Below, one piece after another: positions 18,035-27,071 of a DNA stretch of 64,000 bases. The translations under genes and the position numbers were made by a program. The stretch is from a virus. Lineage: Duplodnaviria; Caudoviricetes. Below the pieces are notes generated by a model that saw nothing but the letters and a program-made list of their open reading frames with translations, was not told the DNA's origin and searched no databases. Location: IMG/VR virus record IMGVR_UViG_3300025316_001101; one strand, 5' to 3'. Positions within the stretch are counted from its first letter, which is position 1, and each line of letters opens with the position of its first letter.

Positions 18035-18425
18035 TTTTATGCATCTTTTCTTTTAGAGAAGTTGGGTAAGTTTCAGGATGGCCCCAATCAATCATGGTCC
18101 AATCCTCATATTCAATAATTCCGACCTTCTGTAAGACCGCAATCAATTCTTCCTTAGTGTTAAAATATCCAGTCCAGCCCTGATCACTTTTTGTAGATGT
18201 TCTCCACTCACCATCGGCATGAAGGCAATAACTAAATGGTCCCTCATGAAATGCCCGCTGTAAATCCCAAGTCACTAAATCATTCCAATAACCCACTGAA
18301 GTAATTTCGTGAATGGATTTCAAAGGAAGCGGCTCAGATCTTTGCCGCATAGCATGAAACTTGCCGTTCAATTCTTCAGGATCATCTGGCGTGTCTGAAT
18401 GTTTTTCGATAATTATTCTTTCCAT
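18006..18425 (-). CDS. hypothetical protein
   Basis: ORF track. Confidence 0.55.
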   Translation of the reverse strand: MERIIIEKHSDTPDDPEELNGKFHAMRQRSEPLPLKSIHEITSVGYWNDLVTWDLQRAFHEGPFSYCLHADGEWRTSTKSDQGWTGYFNTKEELIAVLQKVGIIEYEDWTMIDWGHPETYPTSLKEKMHKNEGDGNKNS

Positions 18426-18697
18426 ACAGAATACGATATCAGAAAATTATGAAAAACACAAGATCAAGATCTTGGCGGTGCCCAAGTACCCCGTTTGCTC
18501 TTAGAAGAAGAATGATCGGGATGCCGACCACTGATCATATATGCTGCCCAACGGCCCGCCACACCCGATCTACAAGCCGTTACATAGCCTTCCGAAAAAC
18601 ACTCTCTCCCTCTGCTTAAAATATCACTTCCATTACTATGATGATAATGCCAGACAATTTTCATAATTTTTTATTTTAGGAGGCATAGATACGCATT

Positions 18698-18958
18698 ATG
18701 GAAAACAATAACGAAAAACCAGTCGAAGAAGTCAAGCAAGACTTGGCACCAGTAACCGAAGAAGTAGTTCAAGAAGTGGCTCAAGTGGATGCTCAGGCAG
18801 AGGCTCAGGCAAAGGAACAAGAAAAGCAAAACCGAGTAAATGAATGCGTTTCAACGGTTAATGCAGCAATGGACCGATTCCGTTGCCGCTTTGATGTTTC
18901 TATGCATGTTACAACCCAAGGGAATATTCCACGGGTCGTAATTGCACCTATCGACTAA
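18698..18958 (+). CDS. hypothetical protein
   Basis: ORF followed by a bidirectional terminator. Confidence 0.6.
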   Translation: MENNNEKPVEEVKQDLAPVTEEVVQEVAQVDAQAEAQAKEQEKQNRVNECVSTVNAAMDRFRCRFDVSMHVTTQGNIPRVVIAPID

Positions 18959-18980
18959 CAAGCCAATACGCTCATTAATT

Positions 18981-19013
18981 AAAAAACCCACCCGGCTTTG
19001 CCGGGTGGGTTTT
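18981..19013. terminator. bidirectional intrinsic terminator
   Basis: AAAAAACCCACCCGGC-TTT-GCCGGGTGGGTTTT between convergent genes. Confidence 0.85.
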
Positions 19014-19028
19014 ATCGATTTGCCAATC

Positions 19029-19343
19029 TTACGGGGTAATTGCCTGTAAGAAATTGCGAATTGGTTGCCCTTCAACGTAATACTTCGGATGCACGTACAC
19101 CTGTGGCGAACGGTATCCGTAGTACGTCGGCGTAGAGTAATAATACGTCGGCGTAGAGTAATCATACGTCGGCGGCGTATAAACCGGCATTGGGTAACAA
19201 ATTGGCGGCGTATAAACCGGCATTGAATAATACGTGATCGGAGGCGATACGTATACCGGCAATGTTTGATAATAACACTGCGCCGAGGCCGATGCGGCAA
19301 ACAAACTCATCAAGACCACACCCAACAAAACAATCTTTCTCAT
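19029..19343 (-). CDS. secreted Tyr/Pro-rich repeat protein, Planctomycete-type
   Basis: signal peptide MRKIVLLGVVLMSLFAASASA; YSTPTY repeats; C-terminal YYVEGQPIRNFLQAITP; AAGGAG RBS. Confidence 0.8.
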   Translation of the reverse strand: MRKIVLLGVVLMSLFAASASAQCYYQTLPVYVSPPITYYSMPVYTPPICYPMPVYTPPTYDYSTPTYYYSTPTYYGYRSPQVYVHPKYYVEGQPIRNFLQAITP

Positions 19344-19486
19344 AATACAACTCCTTTGTGACTTCTTTCCATACTCTCTGGTCTCCCAGAGAAACAACAC
19401 CATTATTATAGCACGAAATGGCTAAAAAGCAAGCCCGATTCGGCAACGCCGAATCGGGCTTGTTACAAACGATACAACCGCTAAAG

Positions 19487-19948
19487 TTACGCAACTGCTG
19501 GAATTGCCACCGGAGCGGTCAACTGGTCGATGGCCTTACGGATCATCGATTCCATTTTGAAACGCTTGGGAGTGCCGGGTACAACCGTCAGCAAATCGCT
19601 ATGACGGATACCAGCCTTGCGCAAGCAACGGCCCAAGCTTCGATTCCATGACAAAATGGTTTCTACACTGTGACCACTCCTAAAGCTAACATCGGGCCAA
19701 TCAAAAGTCACACCATCTTCGTAATGGGCGGCAGCGGCGATCAACACCTTGCCTACGGTACGATTGACAATGTGGGCCAAGAAGCGTAAAATCCTGGCAT
19801 CTACTGCCGAAATCACATCGGCACTGTGAGGGGATGCAACGGTTGGTGCAGGAGAGACAGCAGCACTGGTTCTACGAGCGACTGCTATAATCTCTTCTGC
19901 CCACCGTCGCTGTTCCTCAACGAACGGATCGAACGAAATCTGCGGCAT
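19487..19948 (-). CDS. hypothetical protein
   Basis: ORF track; GGAGA RBS. Confidence 0.6.
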   Translation of the reverse strand: MPQISFDPFVEEQRRWAEEIIAVARRTSAAVSPAPTVASPHSADVISAVDARILRFLAHIVNRTVGKVLIAAAAHYEDGVTFDWPDVSFRSGHSVETILSWNRSLGRCLRKAGIRHSDLLTVVPGTPKRFKMESMIRKAIDQLTAPVAIPAVA

Positions 19949-20042
19949 TGCTTTTCTCCTTATGCCGGAATACAGGACGATGCAAGCGGTGCTTGCTACT
20001 TTCGCCTGTCTGCATATATTCTACGCAAGCCACAGGAGGAAG

Positions 20043-20426
20043 TCAACCCCTGCACACATCTGTCCTGTCCTGTGTGGCGAAAAACGCACGCAACAACGCC
20101 GCCATAAAGCCATTTCTGGAAACACTTTGCATCCTTTTCATGTATTTTTTACGAAGTGTTATAAGCCTGTGCTGTCTCATAGCCAGTGGCGTGTTTACAA
20201 AGGTAGTGAGCATCTCATCGGTGCTCATCAATTTTGCCCATCTTGCCCATTTAGGTGACATTGCCATGAACATAAGACTCACATCGCCTGGGAATCGTTC
20301 CGACTTCTCAGCTAAACGATAGATCGATGAAAAAGTTTTCCAGGCCGTTCGTGCATCTAAAGGCTTACGGCCATTGGCTTTGATCTCGCTGTCCAAGTGA
20401 TTCGATAGCAATTTGTTGATACTCAT
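20043..20426 (-). CDS. hypothetical protein
   Basis: ORF track; AGGGGA RBS. Confidence 0.55.
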   Translation of the reverse strand: MSINKLLSNHLDSEIKANGRKPLDARTAWKTFSSIYRLAEKSERFPGDVSLMFMAMSPKWARWAKLMSTDEMLTTFVNTPLAMRQHRLITLRKKYMKRMQSVSRNGFMAALLRAFFATQDRTDVCRG

Positions 20427-21038
20427 TTAACATTTCCCCTTAGTTTGACGACTATATGGGTGGCGACCATCGCTTCCCTACTAAGACATACGCCACGTGT
20501 TATTGGTTATTTCACTAGGCAAAAAAATTTCACTTTTTCTGAGCGGGCGACCGCCGAAGTGGACCAATGGAAGTGAGGGCCACACTAGGAGTACGCTATG
20601 TTCTGGACAAATTTTCAAGAAAAAGTTTCGAGCGCCATGATTCACAGTGATTCTGATGCCGCCATGCTCAAATTGCGAAATCGAATCAATCGACTCGCCA
20701 GAATGGAACAGTTGCCCTATCCAGTACCACCATTCCTCATAGATCGAGAACTGGCATTAATTGCTCAAGCTGCTGTAGAGAAACTTATGTTCTCCGAATT
20801 TGATTACGATACACTATATTAAACCAAAGGAGAATTCTCATGAAAAACACTAAAGCAGTAGAAAAAATCAAGAGGCCATTCTGGTGGTCCAAGCGAGAAC
20901 GTACTTATACCGTAGAGGAAATTGCTGCCTTGTTGGCAGCAGTGAAAGAGTTCAACGCAGGATGCATCGATGTCTTACTCGATAAACATGTCGATAAGGT
21001 GTACAAAGAATGGCTTGCCAGTAATGGCTAACGCACAA

Positions 21039-21068
21039 GAAACTGCCCGGCCTTGGCCGGGCAGTTTC
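21039..21068. terminator. hairpin terminator between convergent genes
   Basis: GAAACTGCCCGGCC-TT-GGCCGGGCAGTTTC. Confidence 0.75.
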
Positions 21069-21072
21069 GTTT

Positions 21073-21966
21073 CTATAGCATTTTTACTCGTTGTGATTTG
21101 GGCACCACTAACAAATCTTCGATCTCTTTTTCATTAATCACAGCAATCCTACACTCTTCATCTTGATATCCATATGACAAGATCCATTTGCCATTTTTGT
21201 ATATTACTCCGCAGGGGAACACGCATGCTATGCCGTGCGTAGGTCCAATCATAATAGGATCTTGTGTTACCTGTAAAATGTTAAACTTTTCATCAAAAGT
21301 GCAACATCCTACCGCATATCGTTTATAGCCATCAAATCTATAACTTGAATGAAAAAAGGAATAAAACTTATTATCTTTCCAGATAGGAGGACAACCACCG
21401 CTGATTGCAATTGAACCGTATTTCCAACCTTGGAATATCGTGGTTGAATTAAAACTTCGCAGAACTTGCCAAATACTATCTTTCCATATAAGCACTACAA
21501 ACGATGGATGATGGCTATAGACCATACACAAATGATCTTTTATGATAAATGGCACCCAATTTTTTTCATTGCTGGTAATTTTATTAAATGGGCATTGTGC
21601 GGTAGCTTTACAACGGCCTTCTATATCAACCACTGCTTGCCACACTTGAGTGCGAGCGTAATCATGTGCCTGACTTCTAACAAAAAAGACCCACAATTGA
21701 TCCTTCCAACATATCAATCTTGGGTCTTCTTGTGTGGTAGCCCAATTATCGCCTACCAAATCAATCATGCAAGGGTTGCTTAATTGAAAATTGTCATCAA
21801 GTTGAGCCATCCCCAACCTGCTAGGAAACCCAATTCTATAAATCAAGATTGTCTTATCCCAGATGTTTATGATTCCAGGATTAAAACAAGGCGGCATGTG
21901 ATCGACAAGCAGAAGTGAATAAAGATCCAGCTTATGTGTTTCACCTTTACATAACAACTCATCCAC
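21073..21966 (-). CDS. GH130/PH1107-like beta-propeller glycosidase/phosphorylase
   Basis: FNPGI, QEDPRL, EKNWVPF, ISGGCPP, VFPCG, SYGYQDE. Confidence 0.75.
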   Translation of the reverse strand: MDELLCKGETHKLDLYSLLLVDHMPPCFNPGIINIWDKTILIYRIGFPSRLGMAQLDDNFQLSNPCMIDLVGDNWATTQEDPRLICWKDQLWVFFVRSQAHDYARTQVWQAVVDIEGRCKATAQCPFNKITSNEKNWVPFIIKDHLCMVYSHHPSFVVLIWKDSIWQVLRSFNSTTIFQGWKYGSIAISGGCPPIWKDNKFYSFFHSSYRFDGYKRYAVGCCTFDEKFNILQVTQDPIMIGPTHGIACVFPCGVIYKNGKWILSYGYQDEECRIAVINEKEIEDLLVVPKSQRVKML

Positions 21967-22004
21967 AAGCCGTTTACCCCACTTTAAGACCGATGTATGA
22001 GTAT

Positions 22005-22697
22005 TTACTTCTTGCTCGGATCTTTTCTAAAGCTGAATTTATCGAAGCCTTTGGCCGCAGCCAAATCTTTATCAGAGACTTCAGGAATGGGCCGGTTAGG
22101 CATTGCCATGCCGCCCAAGAACATAGAGATTTCTTGGAAAGCAGTAAATGGCTCGATCACCCGGAAAAACTCAAACGGCTTTAATTGTCCATCATAGACA
22201 AACTTCTTGTCACCGTGTCTACCCTCTTCACAACTGGCAATAAAAATGGGGCATTTATGTTTAAGGAAAATGTGCCCAAATGCATTCTGCTTGGCTTTCA
22301 TTTCCTCAAACCACTTTTCAAAAGCATTACGACAAAGTGCAGCATCCCAATAACGATGGTGCCGACTGTGTTTGAGCGGATACCGATATTCTTCCAATAC
22401 CTTTTCCCTATAATTAGCCTCCATGTAAACATCGACATCTTCAACATTGTGACAATAAGTGTTGTGCCCGCAATTGACTACAGGATATATCTTGCCACAA
22501 AATCCTATAGTGTATTGGCTCACAGAAGGATCAGACATTCTCGACCACCAACTCCAACGACGATGATAGGCAATCATCGGGAACGGATAATCCTTGGTTT
22601 CCTCTTCCACAGCTTTACGTAGGTAAAGAAGCGTCTGATCCTGACCGGTAGCCTGGACGGCATCGTAATAATCGTGAAAATCTGAAATAATTCGCAT
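22005..22697 (-). CDS. conserved phage hypothetical protein
   Basis: MRIISDFHDYYD...AFQEISMFLGG...GFDKFSFR. Confidence 0.7.
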   Translation of the reverse strand: MRIISDFHDYYDAVQATGQDQTLLYLRKAVEEETKDYPFPMIAYHRRWSWWSRMSDPSVSQYTIGFCGKIYPVVNCGHNTYCHNVEDVDVYMEANYREKVLEEYRYPLKHSRHHRYWDAALCRNAFEKWFEEMKAKQNAFGHIFLKHKCPIFIASCEEGRHGDKKFVYDGQLKPFEFFRVIEPFTAFQEISMFLGGMAMPNRPIPEVSDKDLAAAKGFDKFSFRKDPSKK

Positions 22698-22698
22698 G

Positions 22699-23070
22699 TT
22701 ATTTAATCACCACATAATTCATGCTTAGTAACGAAAACATCACCACAAAATGCAAAAATTGATCAAAGGCAATGGTGTTCCAGAATGCTTTGTCCAAATA
22801 TGGATTCTCTACCTTCTTCCTGCCGTACCACTGCCAAATTAGTCGATCCTGTACCGCATGGGCAACTGCGTATATCGATAAATAAACCGTAGCCCACACC
22901 ACATTAAAAAGAACAAAAGCTGGAATGGCGAACCCAGCAGCAATAATCAAAGTGTGCGAGATCAACGCCCAGTAATTCTTGGACTTGTTGACAGCAACCC
23001 ATCGTGGCTGAAGAATCCAATCAAAAAAGAAATGCTGAAAAATGACCAGCAAAATAATCCATAGACTCAT
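22699..23070 (-). CDS. DUF3307 family membrane protein
   Basis: HFFFDWILQP..AVNK, H..QD, FDQFLH. Confidence 0.75.
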   Translation of the reverse strand: MSLWIILLVIFQHFFFDWILQPRWVAVNKSKNYWALISHTLIIAAGFAIPAFVLFNVVWATVYLSIYAVAHAVQDRLIWQWYGRKKVENPYLDKAFWNTIAFDQFLHFVVMFSLLSMNYVVIK

Positions 23071-23203
23071 TTGTTTTCTGCCTTAAATTCCTCAACCCAG
23101 CGATTAACCCTTCCTGTTGCTTTATATAATCGCTGAATCTCATACAGTATCTACCATTATACCACACTAAATCAATCTTGTAAACTGCCCAACTAGATAG
23201 AAT

Positions 23204-23440
23204 ATGCTAAGTTTTAGACTGTTCCTTGAAGCTACTCGACCCATGATTACTAGCGTCTCAAAATACGCTGGCACCGTTTGGATAACGGTCATTATTAGAA
23301 CCAAGAAATACGTCTACCACTGCTACGATAATCCAAGAGTATGGCGAATCGTTCGGCAAATGAATGTTCAAGGTGCCGAATGGCACGCCCTGAACGCACT
23401 CAAAAAAGAAGCTGAATCTTTTGAGATGCACCCTATATAA
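23204..23440 (+). CDS. small protein with internal-head-protein-like N-terminus
   Basis: MLSFRLFLE; upstream TAGATA-N4-ATG. Confidence 0.55.
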   Translation: MLSFRLFLEATRPMITSVSKYAGTVWITVIIRTKKYVYHCYDNPRVWRIVRQMNVQGAEWHALNALKKEAESFEMHPI

Positions 23441-23456
23441 TCCGAGGAGAATTATT

Positions 23457-23777
23457 ATGTTACAAAGTTTTAATGAATGGTCAAATTCCCAAATCAAACT
23501 TAGCTTCCAAGAAAAGTACAATATGCTACAGCAAAGACTGAGCACTTTGCAATCATTGAAACTATCAGCAGATGCCAGTCTTAGATCGGCCGCTGGTGGC
23601 ATGGTCGGTTATGCTGTCATGGGTGGCTGTGGATGCTATGGTTCTGATAATCGATCCGCAGAAGATCTAGCCGCTGATGTGGACCTTATGTGGGCGGAAC
23701 TCAAAAAAGAAATAATTGCTTCAGTTCAAGAGCAGAAAAAAGCACAAAAGGTTAAGTTGAAAGATACAAAAAAATGA
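23457..23777 (+). CDS. small protein with MLQSFNEW N-terminus
   Basis: GAGGAG RBS; ATG at 23457. Confidence 0.55.
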   Translation: MLQSFNEWSNSQIKLSFQEKYNMLQQRLSTLQSLKLSADASLRSAAGGMVGYAVMGGCGCYGSDNRSAEDLAADVDLMWAELKKEIIASVQEQKKAQKVKLKDTKK

Positions 23778-24166
23778 AAACATTTCTAGAGTGGATGCAA
23801 ACATCTTTTTTAAGCGAAATACACAGACAAACCATGACGGGAAATGATTGGTCCAGCCCCGTCGATTGGGCCGTAATCGAAGATCACCTGCGAAAAAACA
23901 CTTGTCAAGAACGAAGGCGATATGGAAATTGCACCCATAGAAAATGCGAAATTGGAGAGAGTTTAGCTAATATTGCACGTACATATGATCTTGGAGCAAA
24001 TACTAGCAATCATGAAATCGATGTCATGATTCAATTCATACGATCTAAAACATGCGGCCCACATAGATCTACAGGACAATGTAATCATGCCGCCTGTGGA
24101 TACACCACACATTTAATTGATTGGCTAGAAAAACAACAGCATGGACAACAGAGACGAATTGCATAA
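23774..24166 (+). CDS. Cys/His-rich protein with MKTFLEW N-terminus
   Basis: two internal repeats C..(R/H)R..G.C.H..C. Confidence 0.6.
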   Translation: MKTFLEWMQTSFLSEIHRQTMTGNDWSSPVDWAVIEDHLRKNTCQERRRYGNCTHRKCEIGESLANIARTYDLGANTSNHEIDVMIQFIRSKTCGPHRSTGQCNHAACGYTTHLIDWLEKQQHGQQRRIA

Positions 24167-24186
24167 ATCGCTTACTATATTAACGC

Positions 24187-24975
24187 ATGGAAAATAACGT
24201 AGTGTTAAATGGTAATTGTATCGATCTTGCAAAAGCGTTTGATTTAGAATCCATTGATCTTATTCCCACCTCTCCACCCTACGCCGAACAACGTGGAAAA
24301 CAATACGGCGGCATCCCAGAAAAAGAATATCCCCAATGGACAGTAGAATGGTGCAATGCGTTCCGAAACGCCTTGAAACCCAATGGATCTATTGCCATCG
24401 TAATCCGACCAAATATTCGACAAGGAGAAATATCGGACTATGTTCTACTCACACGTCTAGAAATGCGCAAAGCAGGATGGATCGAGGCTGAAGAACTGAT
24501 ATGGATCAAACCCGATTCTCCTCCTCTGGGCCACATCGGCAGGCCCAGACGAGCATGGGAAAACATCTTGTGGTTTTCCAAAAATAGAAGACCGTTTTGC
24601 GATCCTAAAGCTAATGGTCATCCCAGTGATAGAGTTGGATTTGAAAGTATCAAAGGAATGGGCGATTATAAACGCAGCGGATCAGTCGCTAGAAACGGCA
24701 TCGCTCGCTGCCGAGACTATGTAGAAATTGGTACGGGAGCCGTAGACAAATCACCAGAAAATACACACCCGGCTCAATTTCCAGAAAAATTAGCAGCTTG
24801 GATTGTACGACTATTGTGCCCAAAAACCGGTGTGGTGGTAGACCCGTTCGTTGGCAGCGGTAGTACACTTGTGGCCTGTAAAAATCTCAACCAAAACGAA
24901 GATTATAACCTAAAATATTACGGAATTGAACTGCGAGAGGATTACTGCCAAATTGCCCGTAATAGATTAAAATGA
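24187..24975 (+). CDS. beta-class DNA amino-methyltransferase (probably N4-cytosine)
   Basis: TSPPY motif IV, HPAQFPEKL, VVDPFVGSGST motif I. Confidence 0.92.
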   Translation: MENNVVLNGNCIDLAKAFDLESIDLIPTSPPYAEQRGKQYGGIPEKEYPQWTVEWCNAFRNALKPNGSIAIVIRPNIRQGEISDYVLLTRLEMRKAGWIEAEELIWIKPDSPPLGHIGRPRRAWENILWFSKNRRPFCDPKANGHPSDRVGFESIKGMGDYKRSGSVARNGIARCRDYVEIGTGAVDKSPENTHPAQFPEKLAAWIVRLLCPKTGVVVDPFVGSGSTLVACKNLNQNEDYNLKYYGIELREDYCQIARNRLK

Positions 24976-25010
24976 AAAAAGCCCGCCAAACTTTGTTTAG
25001 CGGGCTTTTT
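24975..25010. terminator. bidirectional intrinsic terminator
   Basis: AAAAAAGCCCGC..GCGGGCTTTTT. Confidence 0.8.
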
Positions 25011-25043
25011 TGTTTCACGCAATCGTATCATACATCCCTGTGC

Positions 25044-26069
25044 TCATGCAACATTCTCTTTGCGAGACCGGGGTTTCACCACAATCTGCCGGGGTTTGAT
25101 TTGCAACCATGTAGACAACTGCTTGCAAAATTTAACGACCTCTGAGCGGTCGCCTCGACATAGATCAGGACAAATTTCCTTCACATCATCTTGGCGTTTT
25201 AGAATCTGAGCGACGACTTTTTCCATCTTCGGCAAAACCATCAATTTTGACAATTTGGCCGTCAAAATAAAACCAAAGAAACCAGCGCTCTTGGTGATCT
25301 TCATTACATTGGCCTTCCCCGCCTCCGCTTTAATGGAAAGAATCAAATCGCTCCAATATTGAATAGCTTCAACCAAAGCATCAGTATTTTCAGGAGAAAC
25401 ATGCAACAACTTCTTGCTTGGCAAATTGTTTGCAATGGCCGTCGCCTGTCCCCGCTTACTATACAGATGAGGGAAATTCCAATCTTCAGAACCCCGATCA
25501 ATTGTGCTCAACGACAAAAGCATACTGGACACTACCGTCCATCTCTTGTCGCCAATTCTTGCCTTACACTCATCGCTGAGTCGGTCTTTGATCTCATCCC
25601 AAACTTTACCAAATATCAAATTCGGGTTTTTAATTTTGTCATGCGTCCTGTGATTCGTCACAGAATTCATCTTCATATAGCTCTCAAGGAACTTCTCAAC
25701 AACCCTCACAGAAACCTTGGTTTTGTACTCCGCATCGGTCATCTTGCCATCCACATGACGCTTCAGAAATCCATAAAAACGGCTATGCTTATCGTTCATA
25801 TGCATGCAGCCGTTCCACAATCCAATTGTCAACTCTCCAATAACATCCTTGTCCACACCCGCTTCAGCGCTTTCGGCCGTAACAGGAGCCACATGCCCAT
25901 CCCCCCGATTATTGGCGTAACTAAGCACCTGTTCAGAAATAATCCAATTCAAAATTCCGCCAACAGTGTAATCGCTACCAACCGTTCCGGGAACGGTGGG
26001 AACATCGAAAATCTGTCTCGGAACCAGCTTGACTCCAGTCAAATCTATGTCAAAAAATCTCGCCATCAT
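25044..26069 (-). CDS. hypothetical protein
   Basis: 341-aa ORF; AGGAAAC RBS. Confidence 0.7.
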   Translation of the reverse strand: MMARFFDIDLTGVKLVPRQIFDVPTVPGTVGSDYTVGGILNWIISEQVLSYANNRGDGHVAPVTAESAEAGVDKDVIGELTIGLWNGCMHMNDKHSRFYGFLKRHVDGKMTDAEYKTKVSVRVVEKFLESYMKMNSVTNHRTHDKIKNPNLIFGKVWDEIKDRLSDECKARIGDKRWTVVSSMLLSLSTIDRGSEDWNFPHLYSKRGQATAIANNLPSKKLLHVSPENTDALVEAIQYWSDLILSIKAEAGKANVMKITKSAGFFGFILTAKLSKLMVLPKMEKVVAQILKRQDDVKEICPDLCRGDRSEVVKFCKQLSTWLQIKPRQIVVKPRSRKENVA

Positions 26070-26358
26070 CGTTTCCTTTCTTCTTGATCTCCGCTGGTAA
26101 CGAGTAAATTTTGTACCATCACCAAATGGTATCTCGTTACATCAACTGTGGAAATTATAGTCTAGCTACCGGCGATTGTAAAGCAGCCGGAATAACCGAT
26201 TTCCTAGAACATCTGTATTCTACGTCCACTTTTTGAAAAGTCAACCGTCAGACAGAAAAATGCGTTAAGCTAGAATGTTTAGCGAACATAGGCAATCAAC
26301 ATATTATACTACAATCACCCATAAGAACTACAAGAATGCCGCTCATCTGAATAGAATT

Positions 26359-26718
26359 TCACTTCTTACAAACCACCTGCTGTTCTTTCCCATCCAAAAC
26401 CATGATGCAGAATCCATGCTTCCACGGCTGAAAATGCAATTCTATGTCCCCATATTTGTAGATGTTTGGGACTCTATACTTCCTGCTAGTGTTTTTACTT
26501 ATGGAATCCGGCTCGCCCAAAAGACGAACCACATCCTCCCGATATACGCCCAATACCTGTTCCCACTGCTGTACCCGCTTTAGCTCATCTATGCAAACCA
26601 ACACTCCGTTTACAAAACCCCTCCAACGGATATAGTCTACATCTGTTGGTCCATACAACCTTGCCTGAGTTTCCCCATGCAACTGATAATTTTCTAAAAT
26701 TTTAAGAAGTGTGTTCAT
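26359..26718 (-). CDS. hypothetical protein
   Basis: ORF track; LLGEPD..YKYGDIELHF. Confidence 0.55.
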   Translation of the reverse strand: MNTLLKILENYQLHGETQARLYGPTDVDYIRWRGFVNGVLVCIDELKRVQQWEQVLGVYREDVVRLLGEPDSISKNTSRKYRVPNIYKYGDIELHFQPWKHGFCIMVLDGKEQQVVCKK

Positions 26719-26990
26719 CCCGTCACCGCTGGTTCTAAAAGTTTGTCATCCAACTCTACATGCAATGGCGTAGCCGTTCCTTCTATAAAATAGACACAAC
26801 AACATATCGGTACTTTAGGAGCGGTATATGGGCCAAAATTTCCAACGGATGGTGAACAGCAACCAGAAGATCCACTACAACCTACCGTACCCGTCGTTTC
26901 GCAGTCCTGCCTCTCAACGTACTTCTCCACCGTCATCTTCGGCCCACCACTCTTCAATATGACCACATCACCAATATCAAATTTTTTCAT
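26715..26990 (-). CDS. YodC/DUF2158 family protein with a Cys-rich insertion
   Basis: FDIGDVVILKSGGPKMTV. Confidence 0.75.
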   Translation of the reverse strand: MKKFDIGDVVILKSGGPKMTVEKYVERQDCETTGTVGCSGSSGCCSPSVGNFGPYTAPKVPICCCVYFIEGTATPLHVELDDKLLEPAVTG

Positions 26991-27071
26991 GAATTGCCTC
27001 CACTACCATCATACCTAAAACATACGTCAATTGCAATACTATAATGATGTCATGTGACCACAACTTATGCT

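Noticed and set aside
18430-18690. Possible ncRNA in the divergent intergenic region (AACGGC/GCCGTT and TGATC/GATCA hairpins)
   Set aside because: The hairpins are short and the region can equally encode the 66-aa ORF; support is insufficient without homologs.
25359-26087. 242-aa plus-strand ORF (and similar antisense ORFs at 2517, 48621, 60757)
   Set aside because: Fully antisense to better-supported genes, with no RBS or recognisable motifs.
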